Shown here: in pieces, positions 18,941 through 28,880 of the stretch
How positions within the stretch are numbered: position 1 is the first letter of the stretch
Layout: each line of letters starts with the position of its first letter
Notes under the pieces: model-generated
What the model was told of the DNA's origin: nothing
The model's database searches: none
What the model saw: the letters and a program-made list of their open reading frames with translations, nothing else
DNA from: an uncultured Acidobacteriota bacterium
Lineage (GTDB): Bacteria; Acidobacteriota; Thermoanaerobaculia; UBA5066; DATFVB01
Assembly (NCBI GenBank): GCA_963813155.1
Contig: CAWEYG010000003.1
Location: forward strand, 640,001-704,000
Direction of reading: 5' to 3'
Length of the DNA: 64,000 bases
Program-made: the position numbers and the translations under genes

Positions 18941-19726
18941 CCGTCCAACCTCACCTGGTACCGCTCGATCGCCGACGCCTTTCCCGTGGACTCGTCGATG
19001 GAAACGATGGCCGTCGAGAGGCGGATGTCATGTTTCGCCGGCTCGAAAGATCGCGGCGTCTGCGCGAGGAATTTTTCGATGACCTTTTCCTTCGAGAACC
19101 CGATGACGCCTTCATACCCGCCGGTGCAACCGACGTCGGTCAGGTAGGCGGTTCCCCCGGGCCGGATCGTCTCGTCGGCCGTCGGGAACGTGCGTGTGGG
19201 TCCCGATCACGGCCGAGACGCGCCCGTCCAGGTACCAGCCGAGCGCGTTTTTCTCCGACGTCGCCTCCGCGTGGAAATCGACGAAGATCACGCGGGCCTG
19301 CTTGCGAAGCCCGGGAAGCACCTCGTCCGCGATCCGGAACGGGGAGTCGATGTTTGCCATGAAGACGAGCCCCTGCAGGTTCAGGACGGCGACGGCGACC
19401 CCCGAGGCCGTCTTCTTGACGACCGATCCCCGGCCCGGATTTCCCGCCGGGTAATTCGCCGGGCGGAGCACGTCGTCGAGCTCGTCGAGGCTCGAAAGAA
19501 AGTCGCGCCGGTCCCAGATGTGGTTGCCCGACGAGAAGACGTCGATCGGCAGCTTCTTCAGGTCGTTGTAGATCTCGCGCGTGAGCCCGAACCCGCCGGC
19601 CGCGTTCTCGATGTTGACGATCGTGAAGTCGATCTTCTTGCGGTCGATCGTCTTCTCGAGCGCCTCCTGCAGCGCGCGGCGACCGGGATTGCCGATGACG
19701 TCGCCGACGAACAGGATGTTGATCAT
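18937..19726 (-). CDS. ymdB: YmdB-family metallophosphoesterase (apparent +1 frameshift near 19185)
   Basis: GDVIG, NIENAAGG, GNHIWD, DFHAEATSEK and GTHTHV, then TADE..TDVGCTG in the next frame; follows rny. Confidence 0.9.
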
Positions 19727-19768
19727 GCGAAGTGTGGCTCGGCCGGCGAGGGTCCGGCCGTCGCCGCG

Positions 19769-21337
19769 TTATCTCGCATACTCGACGGCCCGCGTCTCGC
19801 GAATGACCGTGACCTTGATCTGTCCCGGGTACTGCAGCTCGGCTTCGATTTTCTTCGCGACGTCTTTCGAGAGCCACAGGGCCTCGTCGTCGGTCACCTT
19901 CGTCGCCTCGACGACGATCCGAAGCTCGCGGCCCGCCTGCACGGCGAAAGCCTTCTGCACGCCCTTGAAGCCGTCCGCGATGTGCTCGAGCTTCTCCAGG
20001 CGCTTGACGTAGGTCTCCAGAATCTCGCGCCTCGCCCCGGGACGGGCGGCCGAGAGGGCGTCGGCCCCGTTGACGAGCACCGCTTCGACCGACCTCGGCT
20101 CGTAGTCGCCGTGGTGGCACTCCATCGCGTGGATCACGGCCTCGATCTCGCCGAATTTCTTCAGCACTTCGCGCCCGAGCTCGAGGTGCGTGCCTTCCAT
20201 CTCCCGGTCGATCGCCTTGCCGATGTCGTGCAGCAGGCCCGCGCGCTTCGCCACGTCGACGTTGACGCCGAGCTCCGCCGCCATGTTTCCCGCCAGCCAT
20301 CCGACTTCCCGCGAGTGCTGGAGGACATTCTGGCCGTACGAGGTGCGGTACTTCAGGCGGCCGAGCAGCTTGACGAGCTCGGGGTGCAGATCGGGAATCC
20401 CGAACTCGAGCGCGACGGCCTCGCCTTCCTGACGGATCTTTTCCCACAGCTCCGCGCGGACCTTCTCGACGATCTCCTCGATTCGCGCGGGGTGGATGCG
20501 GCCGTCCTGGATGAGCCGCTGGATCGCCATGCGCGCGATCTCCCGGCGAACCGGCTCGAAGGCGGACAGAATGATCGCTTCCGGGGTGTCGTCGATGATG
20601 AGGTCGACGCCCGTCGCGGCCTCGAGCGCCCGGATGTTCCGGCCTTCCCGCCCGATGATCCGCCCCTTCAGGTCGTCGGAAGGCAGGTCGACGACCGAGA
20701 CCGTGGCCTCGACGACCGTGTCGGATGCCATCCTCTGGATCGCCATTCCGATGATCCGGCGGGCCTTCTGGGTCGCGTTCTCGGTCGCCTCCTCCTCGAT
20801 CCGCCGGACGAGGTGCGACGCTTCGAGGCGCGCCTCGTTCTCGATCGACTTCGTCAGGGTGAGCTTGGCCTGTTCGGCCGTCAGCCCCGAGATCGTCTCG
20901 AGCTTGTGCCGCTGTTCTTCGATGAGGTTCCGGAATTCCTGGTCGAGCCGTTCGTTCTCGCTCTGGCGCTTCGCGAGCTCTTTTTCCTTCTTGTCGAATT
21001 CCCCCGCCCGCTGCTCGATCTGCGAAGTTTTCCGGTCGAGGCCCTCCTCCTTCTGCGCCAGCCGCTTCTCCATCGCGGCGATCTCCTGGCGACGGGCGTT
21101 GGCCTGCTTGTCGAATTCGGACCGGGCCGCGAGCACCTTTTCCTTCGCCTCGATCTCGGCTTCGCGGCGCCGGGCGTCCGCCTGGCGCTTCGCGTCTTCG
21201 AGAAGGCGCTCCGCCTCCCTCCGGGCCGCGTTGCGGATCCCGGCGGTTCGTTTGCGGACAAGGACCGCGAAGATGACGGTGGCCAGCACCGCCGCGGCGA
21301 TTCCCACCACCAGAGCAACCAGAAGTGTCGAGTCCAT
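19769..21337 (-). CDS. rny: Ribonuclease Y
   Basis: N-terminal TM, coiled coil, KH domain [15 protein letters not shown] domain GLLHDIGK. Confidence 0.97.
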   Translation of the reverse strand: MDSTLLVALVVGIAAAVLATVIFAVLVRKRTAGIRNAARREAERLLEDAKRQADARRREAEIEAKEKVLAARSEFDKQANARRQEIAAMEKRLAQKEEGLDRKTSQIEQRAGEFDKKEKELAKRQSENERLDQEFRNLIEEQRHKLETISGLTAEQAKLTLTKSIENEARLEASHLVRRIEEEATENATQKARRIIGMAIQRMASDTVVEATVSVVDLPSDDLKGRIIGREGRNIRALEAATGVDLIIDDTPEAIILSAFEPVRREIARMAIQRLIQDGRIHPARIEEIVEKVRAELWEKIRQEGEAVALEFGIPDLHPELVKLLGRLKYRTSYGQNVLQHSREVGWLAGNMAAELGVNVDVAKRAGLLHDIGKAIDREMEGTHLELGREVLKKFGEIEAVIHAMECHHGDYEPRSVEAVLVNGADALSAARPGARREILETYVKRLEKLEHIADGFKGVQKAFAVQAGRELRIVVEATKVTDDEALWLSKDVAKKIEAELQYPGQIKVTVIRETRAVEYAR

Positions 21338-21378
21338 CGCGCTTCTCCAGGACGCGCCGGAGGGCGAGAGATGAGAGA

Positions 21379-21559
21379 GGTCCCGCGTTGGCCGTGTGGG
21401 CGAGTCGGCTTGAACCTGTTAATAGACAGGTGGGTGCCCGAAAGGTGAAGCTTTAGTTTCCCGATCGTGTCGGGACGTCACCGCTCCACCGGAAGTCAAG
21501 CTCCCGAAATCTTAATGTTGGTTCAAGAGTGACTTTTCCATCACGAACCAAGCAGGACC
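21379..21559 (-). ncRNA. ssrS: 6S RNA
   Basis: About 180 nt rod: terminal GGTCCTGC..TGG/CCA..GCGGGACC pairing, CTTGAACC/GGTTCAAG stem, CCCACC motif and central bubble; typical location between zapA and rny. Confidence 0.88.
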
Positions 21560-21609
21560 AACCTTTCGTCAATGTTTTCTCTTCTCCGCCGAAACCGGCC
21601 GTTTCCGGC

Positions 21610-21909
21610 TCAGCGTGCCTCCAGGGCGTCGTCTAATTTCTTTATGAGGCGCTCCACCCTCGCCTTCGCGTTGGTGGGGTCGCCCTGACTCCTTTTCTCC
21701 CTCTGAAAGAGGTCGTCCGAGATATTCAGTGCCGCCAAAATCGCGATTTTGGCCGAATCCACGGTTGCAGCCCTTTCGGCTACTTCTCGCATCTTACCAT
21801 CCACGAACCGGGCCAGTTCGCGCACGTAGGAGCTGTCGCTGTCGGCCCGGACACTGTAGGTCTGGCCGTAAATCTCCACCTGCGTGATGTTGGCTCGCCT
21901 CTCCGGCAT
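21610..21909 (-). CDS. zapA: Cell division protein ZapA
   Basis: VEIYGQTYSV...LARFVDGKM...KIAILAALNI. Confidence 0.92.
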   Translation of the reverse strand: MPERRANITQVEIYGQTYSVRADSDSSYVRELARFVDGKMREVAERAATVDSAKIAILAALNISDDLFQREKRSQGDPTNAKARVERLIKKLDDALEAR

Positions 21910-21931
21910 GGACGCGATCCTTTCGGATCGC

Positions 21932-21961
21932 AGTATAGAGGCTAACCTCTATTCGCGTCAA
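21932..21961 (-). promoter_or_regulatory. Sigma70 promoter for zapA-ssrS-rny-ymdB
   Basis: TTGACG (21961-56)-N18-TATACT (21937-32) on the minus strand. Confidence 0.65.
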
Positions 21962-22235
21962 TCGTTTCCAGCGACTCGATCAGGCGGGAGAGGCGCTCGC
22001 GAACCTTCTCGCTGTCCTCCTCGTAACGCTTGACCTCGGAGGCCAGCTCCTCTTCGCGCTTGACCGACTTTCGGGCGCCGGCGAGCTCCTGTTTCAGCTT
22101 GTCGAGCTCCGCCTCGCGCTCCGAAACGCGCGCCTTGAGCCGCGCGTTCTCCTCGGCCGCCGCCCGGTAGCGCTCGAGCACCTTCTCGACCCGTTTTTCG
22201 AGGGAATCGAACACCTTTGCGTTGTCTGCCGTCAT
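21942..22235 (-). CDS. ZapB-like coiled-coil protein
   Basis: 97-aa heptad-rich protein between pheT and zapA. Confidence 0.7.
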   Translation of the reverse strand: MTADNAKVFDSLEKRVEKVLERYRAAAEENARLKARVSEREAELDKLKQELAGARKSVKREEELASEVKRYEEDSEKVRERLSRLIESLETIDANRG

Positions 22236-24316
22236 TTCGTCACTCCGAATTTCTCGTTCAAGATGGCCATGAGCCTATCCCGTTCCCGATTGACTTCCTC
22301 CAGGGAAAGCGTCCGGTCGCTCGCTCGAAACGCGAGCCGCAGCGTGACGTTCCTCGTGCCCGGCCGCGCCGGGTCTTCGAACAGCTTGAGCAGGATCGCC
22401 TCCTCGCAGTCCGCGAGTCGCGCCTCCCGAACGGCCTCGGAGATCTCCGCCCACGCGACGCCGGGCCGGCAGGCGACCGTGACGTCGACGTCGGCGGCGG
22501 GAAATCGGGAGTACTCGCGAAACGCGAGGTCCCGCCGGGAGCGCGGAAGGCCCCCCAGGTCCAGTTCCGCCACGGAGGCGTTGCCGAGCCTTCCCAGAAT
22601 CCCGATCCGGCGGCCCGCGACCAGGATCTCGAGGCCGGAACCCGGCGACAGGCAGGGGCGGCCGGCCGAAACGAAGTCCGGGGCCTCGCCCGCGACCGCC
22701 TCGAGGATCCGCGAGACCATCCCTTTCAGGTCGAAAATGTCGCTCGTCGCGCGCCGGAAATTCGTCCGGAGCCGCGCCCGCGAGAACCGCCGCGAAATGC
22801 CGGCTCTCGGTCTCCGCCGGGTCGGCGCCGGGCGCGGCCTCGCGGTCCCAGACCCTTCCCAGCTCGAAGAGGGCGATCGAGCGGCGGCCGCTGCGATGGT
22901 TGAGCGAAGCCGCCTCCAGCAGTCCCGGCAGGACGAGCCGGCGCAGCGCCGGCCGCGACGCGTCGAGTGGATTCGCGACGAGAAGAGGACGAGAGTCGGA
23001 ACGTCTCCTTCGCGAGCAGGTTTCCGCCGAGCGCGTCTTCCGAGTCGACGGCCACGAACGGAAAGCTCATCGCCTCGAAGAGCCCGGCCTCGCGGGCCTG
23101 GTCGGAGGCGAGCTCTTCGATCTCCCGGAGCGCGCGAGCCTCGTCCGGATCGTCGGAAAGGTACAGGGGCGAGAGGCGTTCGGAAGGGGGCAGCTCGGAG
23201 GGGATCTTCGAGTAGCCGTGGATGCGGACCACCTCTTCGACGAGGTCTTCCTCGAGGGAGACGTCAGGCCTCCAGGAAGGCACGGAAGCCTCGATCTCGC
23301 TCCCTTCGATCGTCGGGCCGAAACCGAGGCGTTCGAGGATCCCGGCCGACCGCTCGACCGACAGGCCGGAAAGGCCGGACAGCGCGAGCACGCGGGACTG
23401 GCGCAGGCGAACGCGGCGCGCGGCAAAAGGACGCGGATACTCGTCGATCATCCCGGCCGCGAGATCGCCGCCGGAGCGCTCGAGGATCAGCGAGGCCGCG
23501 AGCGCGAGGCCCTCGGGGATCGCCTCGATGTCGGCGCCCCGCTCGTACCGGTGCGAGGCGTCGGTGTGCAGCCCGTGCCGCCTCGCTGTCCGCCGGATCG
23601 ACACGGGGTCCCACCAGGCGGCTTCGAGAAGGACGTTCTTCGTCTTCCCCACCTGGATCGCGGAGTCGGCGCCGCCGAGCACTCCGGCGATCGAGAGCGC
23701 GCGGCGCGCGTCCGCGACGACGACGTCTTCGGGATGCAACTCGCGCTCGACGCCGTCGAGGCCGAGGAGCTTTTCCCCTTTTTTCGCGAGCCGCACGATC
23801 GAGGCGGGAACCTTCGACGCGGTCCGCGTCGAACGCGTGGAGTGGCTGGCCGATTCCCCAGAGGGAGATGTTCGTCGCGTCGACGAGCGCGTCGATCGGC
23901 TTCAGGCCGACGGCAGACATGCGGCGAATCCACTCCTCCCGCGAAGGAAGGGAAGAGACTCCGCGGATCACGCGGAGGCCGAACCGACGGCAACGGTCCG
24001 GCACCTCGATCGTCACCGACGCGAGCTCGGCGGCCGGGTGCGACCCCTCGCGCAGCTTCGGGCGCAGGCGTTCGTTCGCGAACGGCAGCTCGAGCGCGGC
24101 CGCGAGATCGCGCGCGAACCCGCGATGATTCATCGCATCGGGCCGGTTCGGCGTGACGTCCGCGTCGAAGACCGTGTCGGCGCCGGCCTTCTCGACGAGG
24201 CCGATCTCGAGGCCGATCTCGTTGGCCGTGAAGGCGAGGCGTTCGACGAACTCGGCGTTCAGCGAAGCCGGCTCGATTCCCCAGAACTCGCACAGCCACT
24301 CGAGCGAGAACTTCAC
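22232..24316 (-). CDS. pheT: Phenylalanyl-tRNA synthetase beta subunit (three apparent +1 frameshifts near 23810, 22998 and 22760)
   Basis: KFSLEWL, TPNRPD, GQPLHAFD, TDASHRYERG, PSWRPD..EEDLVEEV.RIHGY, ANPL, FELGRV and FDX-ACB tail, spread over successive frames. Confidence 0.92.
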
Positions 24317-25371
24317 GTCGCGCTCCGGAACTGCTCGAGGAACCGCAGGTCGTTTTCCCAGAAGAGCCTCAGGTCGGGCACGGAGTACTTCAGGAACGCG
24401 AGCCGGTCGATGCCGGTCCCGAACGCGAAGCCCGAGTAGACCTCCGGGTCCACGCCGCAGACCCGCAGCACGTTCGGGTGAACCATGCCGGCGCCGAGGA
24501 TCTCGATCCATCCCGACCCCTTGCACGTCCTGCAGCCCGCGCCGCGGCACAGGAAACACGTCATCGCGGCCTGGGCTCCCGGCTCGACGAACGGAAAGTA
24601 CGAGCACGTGAACCGGACCTTCGTGCCGCTCCCGAACAGCCCCTGGAGGAACGCTTCGATCGTTCCCTTCAGGTGCGCCATCGTGATGCCGCGGTCCACG
24701 ACGAGGCCCTCGATCTGGTGGAAGACGGGCGAATGCGTCGCGTCGACCTCGTCCTTCCGGTAGACGCGCCCCGGCGCGATGACGCGGATGGGAGCGCCGT
24801 GCCGTGTCAGGGCCCGGATCTGCACCGGCGAGGTGTGCGTGCGCAGCAGGTATTCCGGCGGCGCGCCCTCCCGCGCCGAGACGAGGAGCGTGTCCTGCGT
24901 GTCGCGGGCCGGGTGGTCCGGCGGAAAATTCAGCGCCGCGAAGTTGAAGAAATCCGTCTCGAGCTCGGGCCCGTCCGCGATCGAGAAGCCGAGACGGACG
25001 AACGCACGCTCGATCTGCCGCCGGGCGGCCGTGATCGGGTGGAGCGCGCCTCGGGGCGACGGGCGGCCGGGCAGCGTCGCGTCGACCTGTTCGCGGGCGG
25101 AGCGGCGCTCCGCCTCGGACGCGAGCATGCGCGCCTCGAGCCGTTCCAGCTCCCCTTCGATCTCCCGCTTGACCTCGTTCGCGCGTTTCCCGAAATCCGA
25201 CTTTTCGGCGCCCGAAAGCGTCTTCAGCCGCGCGAAGAAAGACGGGATCAGCCCGTGCTCGCGGTTGAGATACTTCCCCTTGAGCGACTCGTAGCCGGCC
25301 CGGGTCGACACTCCGGCCGCCTCGCGCCGAAACCGGTCCGCGACGTCCTCGATCCGAATCGGATCCGTCAC
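24313..25371 (-). CDS. pheS: Phenylalanyl-tRNA synthetase alpha subunit
   Basis: HPARDTQDT, LRTHTSPVQ, FHQIEG, YFPFVEP and GFAFG motifs. Confidence 0.97.
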   Translation of the reverse strand: MTDPIRIEDVADRFRREAAGVSTRAGYESLKGKYLNREHGLIPSFFARLKTLSGAEKSDFGKRANEVKREIEGELERLEARMLASEAERRSAREQVDATLPGRPSPRGALHPITAARRQIERAFVRLGFSIADGPELETDFFNFAALNFPPDHPARDTQDTLLVSAREGAPPEYLLRTHTSPVQIRALTRHGAPIRVIAPGRVYRKDEVDATHSPVFHQIEGLVVDRGITMAHLKGTIEAFLQGLFGSGTKVRFTCSYFPFVEPGAQAAMTCFLCRGAGCRTCKGSGWIEILGAGMVHPNVLRVCGVDPEVYSGFAFGTGIDRLAFLKYSVPDLRLFWENDLRFLEQFRSAT

Positions 25372-25377
25372 GTCAGG

Positions 25378-25740
25378 TCAGGCCGGCTGCAGCGCTTTTT
25401 TCGCGACCGACACGAGATGCGTGAAGGCGCCGGGGTCCGAGACGGCGAGCTCGGAAAGCATCTTTCGGTTGATCTCGCTGCCCGATTTCTTCAGGCCGTC
25501 CATCAGCTTGCTGTACGAGATGTCGTTCTCGCGCGCGGCGGCGTTGATCCGCACGATCCACAGGCCGCGGAAGTCGCGCTTCTTCGCCTTCCGGTCGCGG
25601 TACGCGTACGCGAGCGATTTCTCGACCTGCTGCTTCGCGATACGGTACGACTTCGATTTCGTTCCGTAATAGCCTTTCGCGAGCTTCAGTACCTTCGCGC
25701 GGCGGTTCTTTCTCTTGGGTCCTCGTTTGACGCGGGGCAT
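25378..25740 (-). CDS. rplT: 50S ribosomal protein L20
   Basis: MPRVKRG...AKGY...[16 protein letters not shown]. Confidence 0.98.
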   Translation of the reverse strand: MPRVKRGPKRKNRRAKVLKLAKGYYGTKSKSYRIAKQQVEKSLAYAYRDRKAKKRDFRGLWIVRINAAARENDISYSKLMDGLKKSGSEINRKMLSELAVSDPGAFTHLVSVAKKALQPA

Positions 25741-25768
25741 CTTCTTCCTCCGTCGGTGATGTTGATTT

Positions 25769-25969
25769 CTAGGTCGAGTACGGCAGCATCTCCCGCACTT
25801 TCGCGGTGTCGGCTTTCGAAACGAGGGTCCCCTGGTCGAGGTCTCGCTTCCGGCCGGATGCCTTCTTCGTCAGGATGTGGCTCTTGAAAGCCTTGCCTCG
25901 TTTGAACTTTCCGGATGCGGTCCTTTTGAATCTCTTCGCCGCTCCCCGGTGCGTTTTGAGCTTCGGCAT
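25769..25969 (-). CDS. rpmI: 50S ribosomal protein L35
   Basis: [15 protein letters not shown]...HILTKK; AGGAG RBS. Confidence 0.97.
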   Translation of the reverse strand: MPKLKTHRGAAKRFKRTASGKFKRGKAFKSHILTKKASGRKRDLDQGTLVSKADTAKVREMLPYST

Positions 25970-25977
25970 CGAACTCC

Positions 25978-26547
25978 TCACTGTTCCTTTGCGGCGGCCG
26001 CTGCCTTGCCCTTCACGGGCTTGACCGCTTTTTCCACTTTGACCGGACCCAGAATCTGGTGCATCCGGTTGCCCATGATCTCCGGCGACGACTCCGCCAC
26101 GGCCTTGCCTTTGAGCTCCTCGACGATCCGGCGCAGGACCTTGAGCCCGTTTTCCCGCCGCGCCATTTCGCGCCCGCGGAACTGGATCGTCGCCTTCACC
26201 TTGTCGCCGTGCTCCAGGAAACGCAGGATGCTCGCCTTCTTGAAGTCGTAGTCGTGTTCGTCGATGTTCGGCCGAAACTTCACTTCCTTGACCTGCGTGA
26301 CCTTCTGTTTCTTCTTCGAGTCGTGCTGTTTCTTCTTCTGCTGATAGATGAACTTTCCGAAGTTCATGATCCGGCAGACCGGCGGGTTCGCGGTCGGCGC
26401 GATCTCGACCAGGTCGAGGCCGGCGGCCCGCGCCGTCTCCTGGGCTTGCGTCATCGCGACGACCCCCAGCGCCTCGCCGTCGGCGCCGATGAGACGGACC
26501 TCTTTCCATCGGATCTGTTCGTTGATTCGGATGCTCTTCTTATCGAT
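25978..26547 (-). CDS. infC: Translation initiation factor IF-3, non-canonical ATC start
   Basis: AAGGAGG SD then ATC at 26547, in frame with [21 protein letters not shown] and [13 protein letters not shown]. Confidence 0.93.
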   Translation of the reverse strand: MDKKSIRINEQIRWKEVRLIGADGEALGVVAMTQAQETARAAGLDLVEIAPTANPPVCRIMNFGKFIYQQKKKQHDSKKKQKVTQVKEVKFRPNIDEHDYDFKKASILRFLEHGDKVKATIQFRGREMARRENGLKVLRRIVEELKGKAVAESSPEIMGNRMHQILGPVKVEKAVKPVKGKAAAAAKEQ

Positions 26548-26559
26548 TGAAAACCTCCT

Positions 26560-28467
26560 TCACTGTTTCTTCTCCACTTCTTCCGCGAGCTCGGCGAGGA
26601 ATGTCTCGACGGACCGCGGTCCGAGATCTCCGGACTTGTGCTTGCGGGGCGAAACGGCGTTTTCCGCGCGCTCCCGCTCCCCCACGATCGCCATGTAGGG
26701 AATCTTCTTGAGCTCGGCGTCGCGGATTCGCGCGCCGAGCTTCTCGTTCCGGTCGTCCACTTCCGCCCGCAGCCCTCCGTCCTTCAACCTCCCGGCGACG
26801 GTCCGGGCGTAGTCGCCGAACTTGTCGGAGATCGGCAGGACGACGACCTGGTCGGGCGCGAGCCACAACGGGAAGTCTCCCGCCGTGTGCTCGATCAGTA
26901 TCCCGATGAACCGCTCGACCGAGCCCAGGATCGCCCGATGGAGCATGACGGGGCGGTGGGGCTGGTTGTCCTCGCCGACGTAGGTGAGATCGAACCGCTC
27001 CGGGTTGCTGAAATCCACCTGGAGCGTGCCGAGCTGCCACGGCCGCCCGATCGCGTCGGTCACCTCGAAGTCGAGCTTCGGGCCGTAGAAGGCGCCCTCC
27101 CCCGGCGACAGCCGGTACGGACGATTCCGCCGGTCGAACCCCTCCGCGAGCGCCTTTTCCGCGATCGACCAGTTTTCGTCGGTTCCCATCGACTTCTCGG
27201 GGCGCGTCGACAGAGCGACCCGGACGTCCGTGAACCCGAACGTGAGGTAAACCTCGTCGATGAAATCGACGAACCCGTCGATCTCTTCCGCGAGCCGCTC
27301 GATCGGCGTGAAGACGTGCGCGTCGTCCTGGGAAAAGGTTCGGACGCGCGTGAGGCCCTGGGTGACGCCGGAGCGTTCGTACCGATGGAGCCGGCCGAAA
27401 TCGGCGAACCGAACGGGCAGGTCGCGATAGGAACGGCGAGTCTCGCGATAGAGCAGGCAATGCCCGGGGCAGTTCATCGGCTTGACGCCGAACTCCCGCT
27501 CGTCGATCTCCGTGAAATACATGTTTTCGTGGTAGTTCTGGTAGTGCCCGGAAAGCTTGAACAGCTCGGAGTCGAAGATCTGGGGCGTGATGATTTCCCG
27601 GTAGCCGTACTTCCGATAGAGCCCACGAATGTATTCGACCAGCAAATTGTAGACCACCGCCCCGCGCGGGTGGAAAAACGGCGATGCGGGAGCCCAGGGA
27701 TGAAACGAAAACAGGTCGAGCTCGCGGCCCAGCTTCCGATGGTCGCGGGCTTTCGCTTCCTCGATGCGCTTCAAGTACGTGTCGAGCTCCGCCTGGGTGA
27801 GGAACGCGGCTCCGTAGATCCTCTGGAGCATGGGGTTGTGCTCGTCCCCTTTCCAGTAAGCGCCCGCCGAGTGGGTGAGCTTGAAGACGCCGAGCTTGCC
27901 CGTGGAGGGCACGTGGGGGCCGCGGCACAGGTCGATGAAGTCGCCCTGGCGGTAGCAGGAAACGCGGCCGTCCGGGATCCCGCGGATGATTTCGACCTTC
28001 AGGTGGTCTCCCTGGGCCTCGAAGATCTCGATCGCCTCGTCTTTCGACATCTCGAGGCGTTCGACCGGATTGTTCTCGGCAACGATCCGGCGCATCTCCG
28101 CTTCGATCGCGGCGAGGTCTTCGGGCGTGAACGGCCGGCCGGGGTCGAAGTCGTAGTAATAGCCGTTTTCGATCGCGGGCCCGATTCCGATCTTCACGTT
28201 CGGGAAGAGGCGCTTCACGGCGTTGGCCGTCAGGTGCGCCGTCGAATGGCGGTACAGCTCGACGGCGTCGGGAGATTTCGGAGTCACGATCTCGAGACGG
28301 GCGTCCGCTTCGATCGGCCTCGAAAGGTCGACGACCTGGCCGTCGACCTTTCCCGCGAGGGCGGCCTTCGCGAGCCCGGGCCCGATGGACGTCGCGACGT
28401 CGCGAACCGTCGCCCCTTTCGGGAACGCCCGGACCGAGCCGTCGGGAAGCGTGACCTGAACCTCCAA
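26560..28467 (-). CDS. thrS: Threonyl-tRNA synthetase
   Basis: TGS domain VTLPDGS, HSTAH, DLCRGPH, RDHRKLG, KPMNCPGH and GAFYGPK; TTG start after GGAGG. Confidence 0.97.
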   Translation of the reverse strand: MEVQVTLPDGSVRAFPKGATVRDVATSIGPGLAKAALAGKVDGQVVDLSRPIEADARLEIVTPKSPDAVELYRHSTAHLTANAVKRLFPNVKIGIGPAIENGYYYDFDPGRPFTPEDLAAIEAEMRRIVAENNPVERLEMSKDEAIEIFEAQGDHLKVEIIRGIPDGRVSCYRQGDFIDLCRGPHVPSTGKLGVFKLTHSAGAYWKGDEHNPMLQRIYGAAFLTQAELDTYLKRIEEAKARDHRKLGRELDLFSFHPWAPASPFFHPRGAVVYNLLVEYIRGLYRKYGYREIITPQIFDSELFKLSGHYQNYHENMYFTEIDEREFGVKPMNCPGHCLLYRETRRSYRDLPVRFADFGRLHRYERSGVTQGLTRVRTFSQDDAHVFTPIERLAEEIDGFVDFIDEVYLTFGFTDVRVALSTRPEKSMGTDENWSIAEKALAEGFDRRNRPYRLSPGEGAFYGPKLDFEVTDAIGRPWQLGTLQVDFSNPERFDLTYVGEDNQPHRPVMLHRAILGSVERFIGILIEHTAGDFPLWLAPDQVVVLPISDKFGDYARTVAGRLKDGGLRAEVDDRNEKLGARIRDAELKKIPYMAIVGERERAENAVSPRKHKSGDLGPRSVETFLAELAEEVEKKQ

Positions 28468-28477
28468 AATCCCCTCC

Positions 28478-28505
28478 AAAACAAAAACGCGGGTTGCCCC
28501 GCGTT
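28478..28505 (-). terminator. Intrinsic terminator between tRNA-Val(CAC) and thrS
   Basis: Minus strand AACGCGGG-GCAA-CCCGCGTT followed by TTTGTTTT. Confidence 0.75.
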
Positions 28506-28522
28506 CCAAAACCGTTCACCGA

Positions 28523-28598
28523 TGGTAGGCGCTGGCGGGATCGAACCGCCGACCTCTTCCGTGTGAAGGAAGCGCTCTCCCAGCTGAGCTAAGCGCCT
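28523..28598 (-). tRNA. tRNA-Val(CAC)
   Basis: 76-nt cloverleaf, anticodon arm CTTCC-TTCACAC-GGAAG, TTCGA loop, encoded CCA. Confidence 0.97.
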
Positions 28599-28632
28599 GA
28601 CGATCCGGCGCGGAATTTCCGCGATCGGATGT

Positions 28633-28708
28633 TGGTAGGCTCGAGCGGGTTCGAACCGCTGACCCCTACCGTGTCGAGGTAGTGCTCTACCAGCTGAGCT
28701 ACGAGCCT
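28633..28708 (-). tRNA. tRNA-Val(GAC)
   Basis: 76-nt cloverleaf, anticodon arm CTACC-TCGACAC-GGTAG, encoded CCA. Confidence 0.96.
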
Positions 28709-28774
28709 ATTTCGGGCTACCGGCCGGAAAGCCGCGAGGCTATTTACAATCCGACCCTCGACCCTGAATTCTCC

Positions 28775-28836
28775 CAAAGAACATCCGCAATTCGCGGAAA
28801 GGGCGCTAGGTTAGCAGAGCGCACCCCGGAATTCAA
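28775..28836 (-). promoter_or_regulatory. tRNA operon promoter with boxB/boxA-like leader
   Basis: TTGAAT-N17-TAACCT with extended TG, then hairpin TCCGC-GAATT-GCGGA and TGTTCTTTG. Confidence 0.6.
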
Positions 28837-28880
28837 CAAACCGGAGCGCCGCGGGCCGCATGTTACGATGGTGGCAAGTC

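Noticed and set aside
22232-24316. pheT, coaD, pyrE and ymdB as pseudogenes or programmed frameshift sites
   Set aside because: Essential genes with otherwise intact motifs, no slippery heptamers, and a uniform +1 error pattern point to sequencing artefacts
28523-28880. tRNA-anchored genomic island or prophage attachment site
   Set aside because: No integrase and no duplicated tRNA 3' end seen in the window; the tRNA 3' side leads directly into thrS
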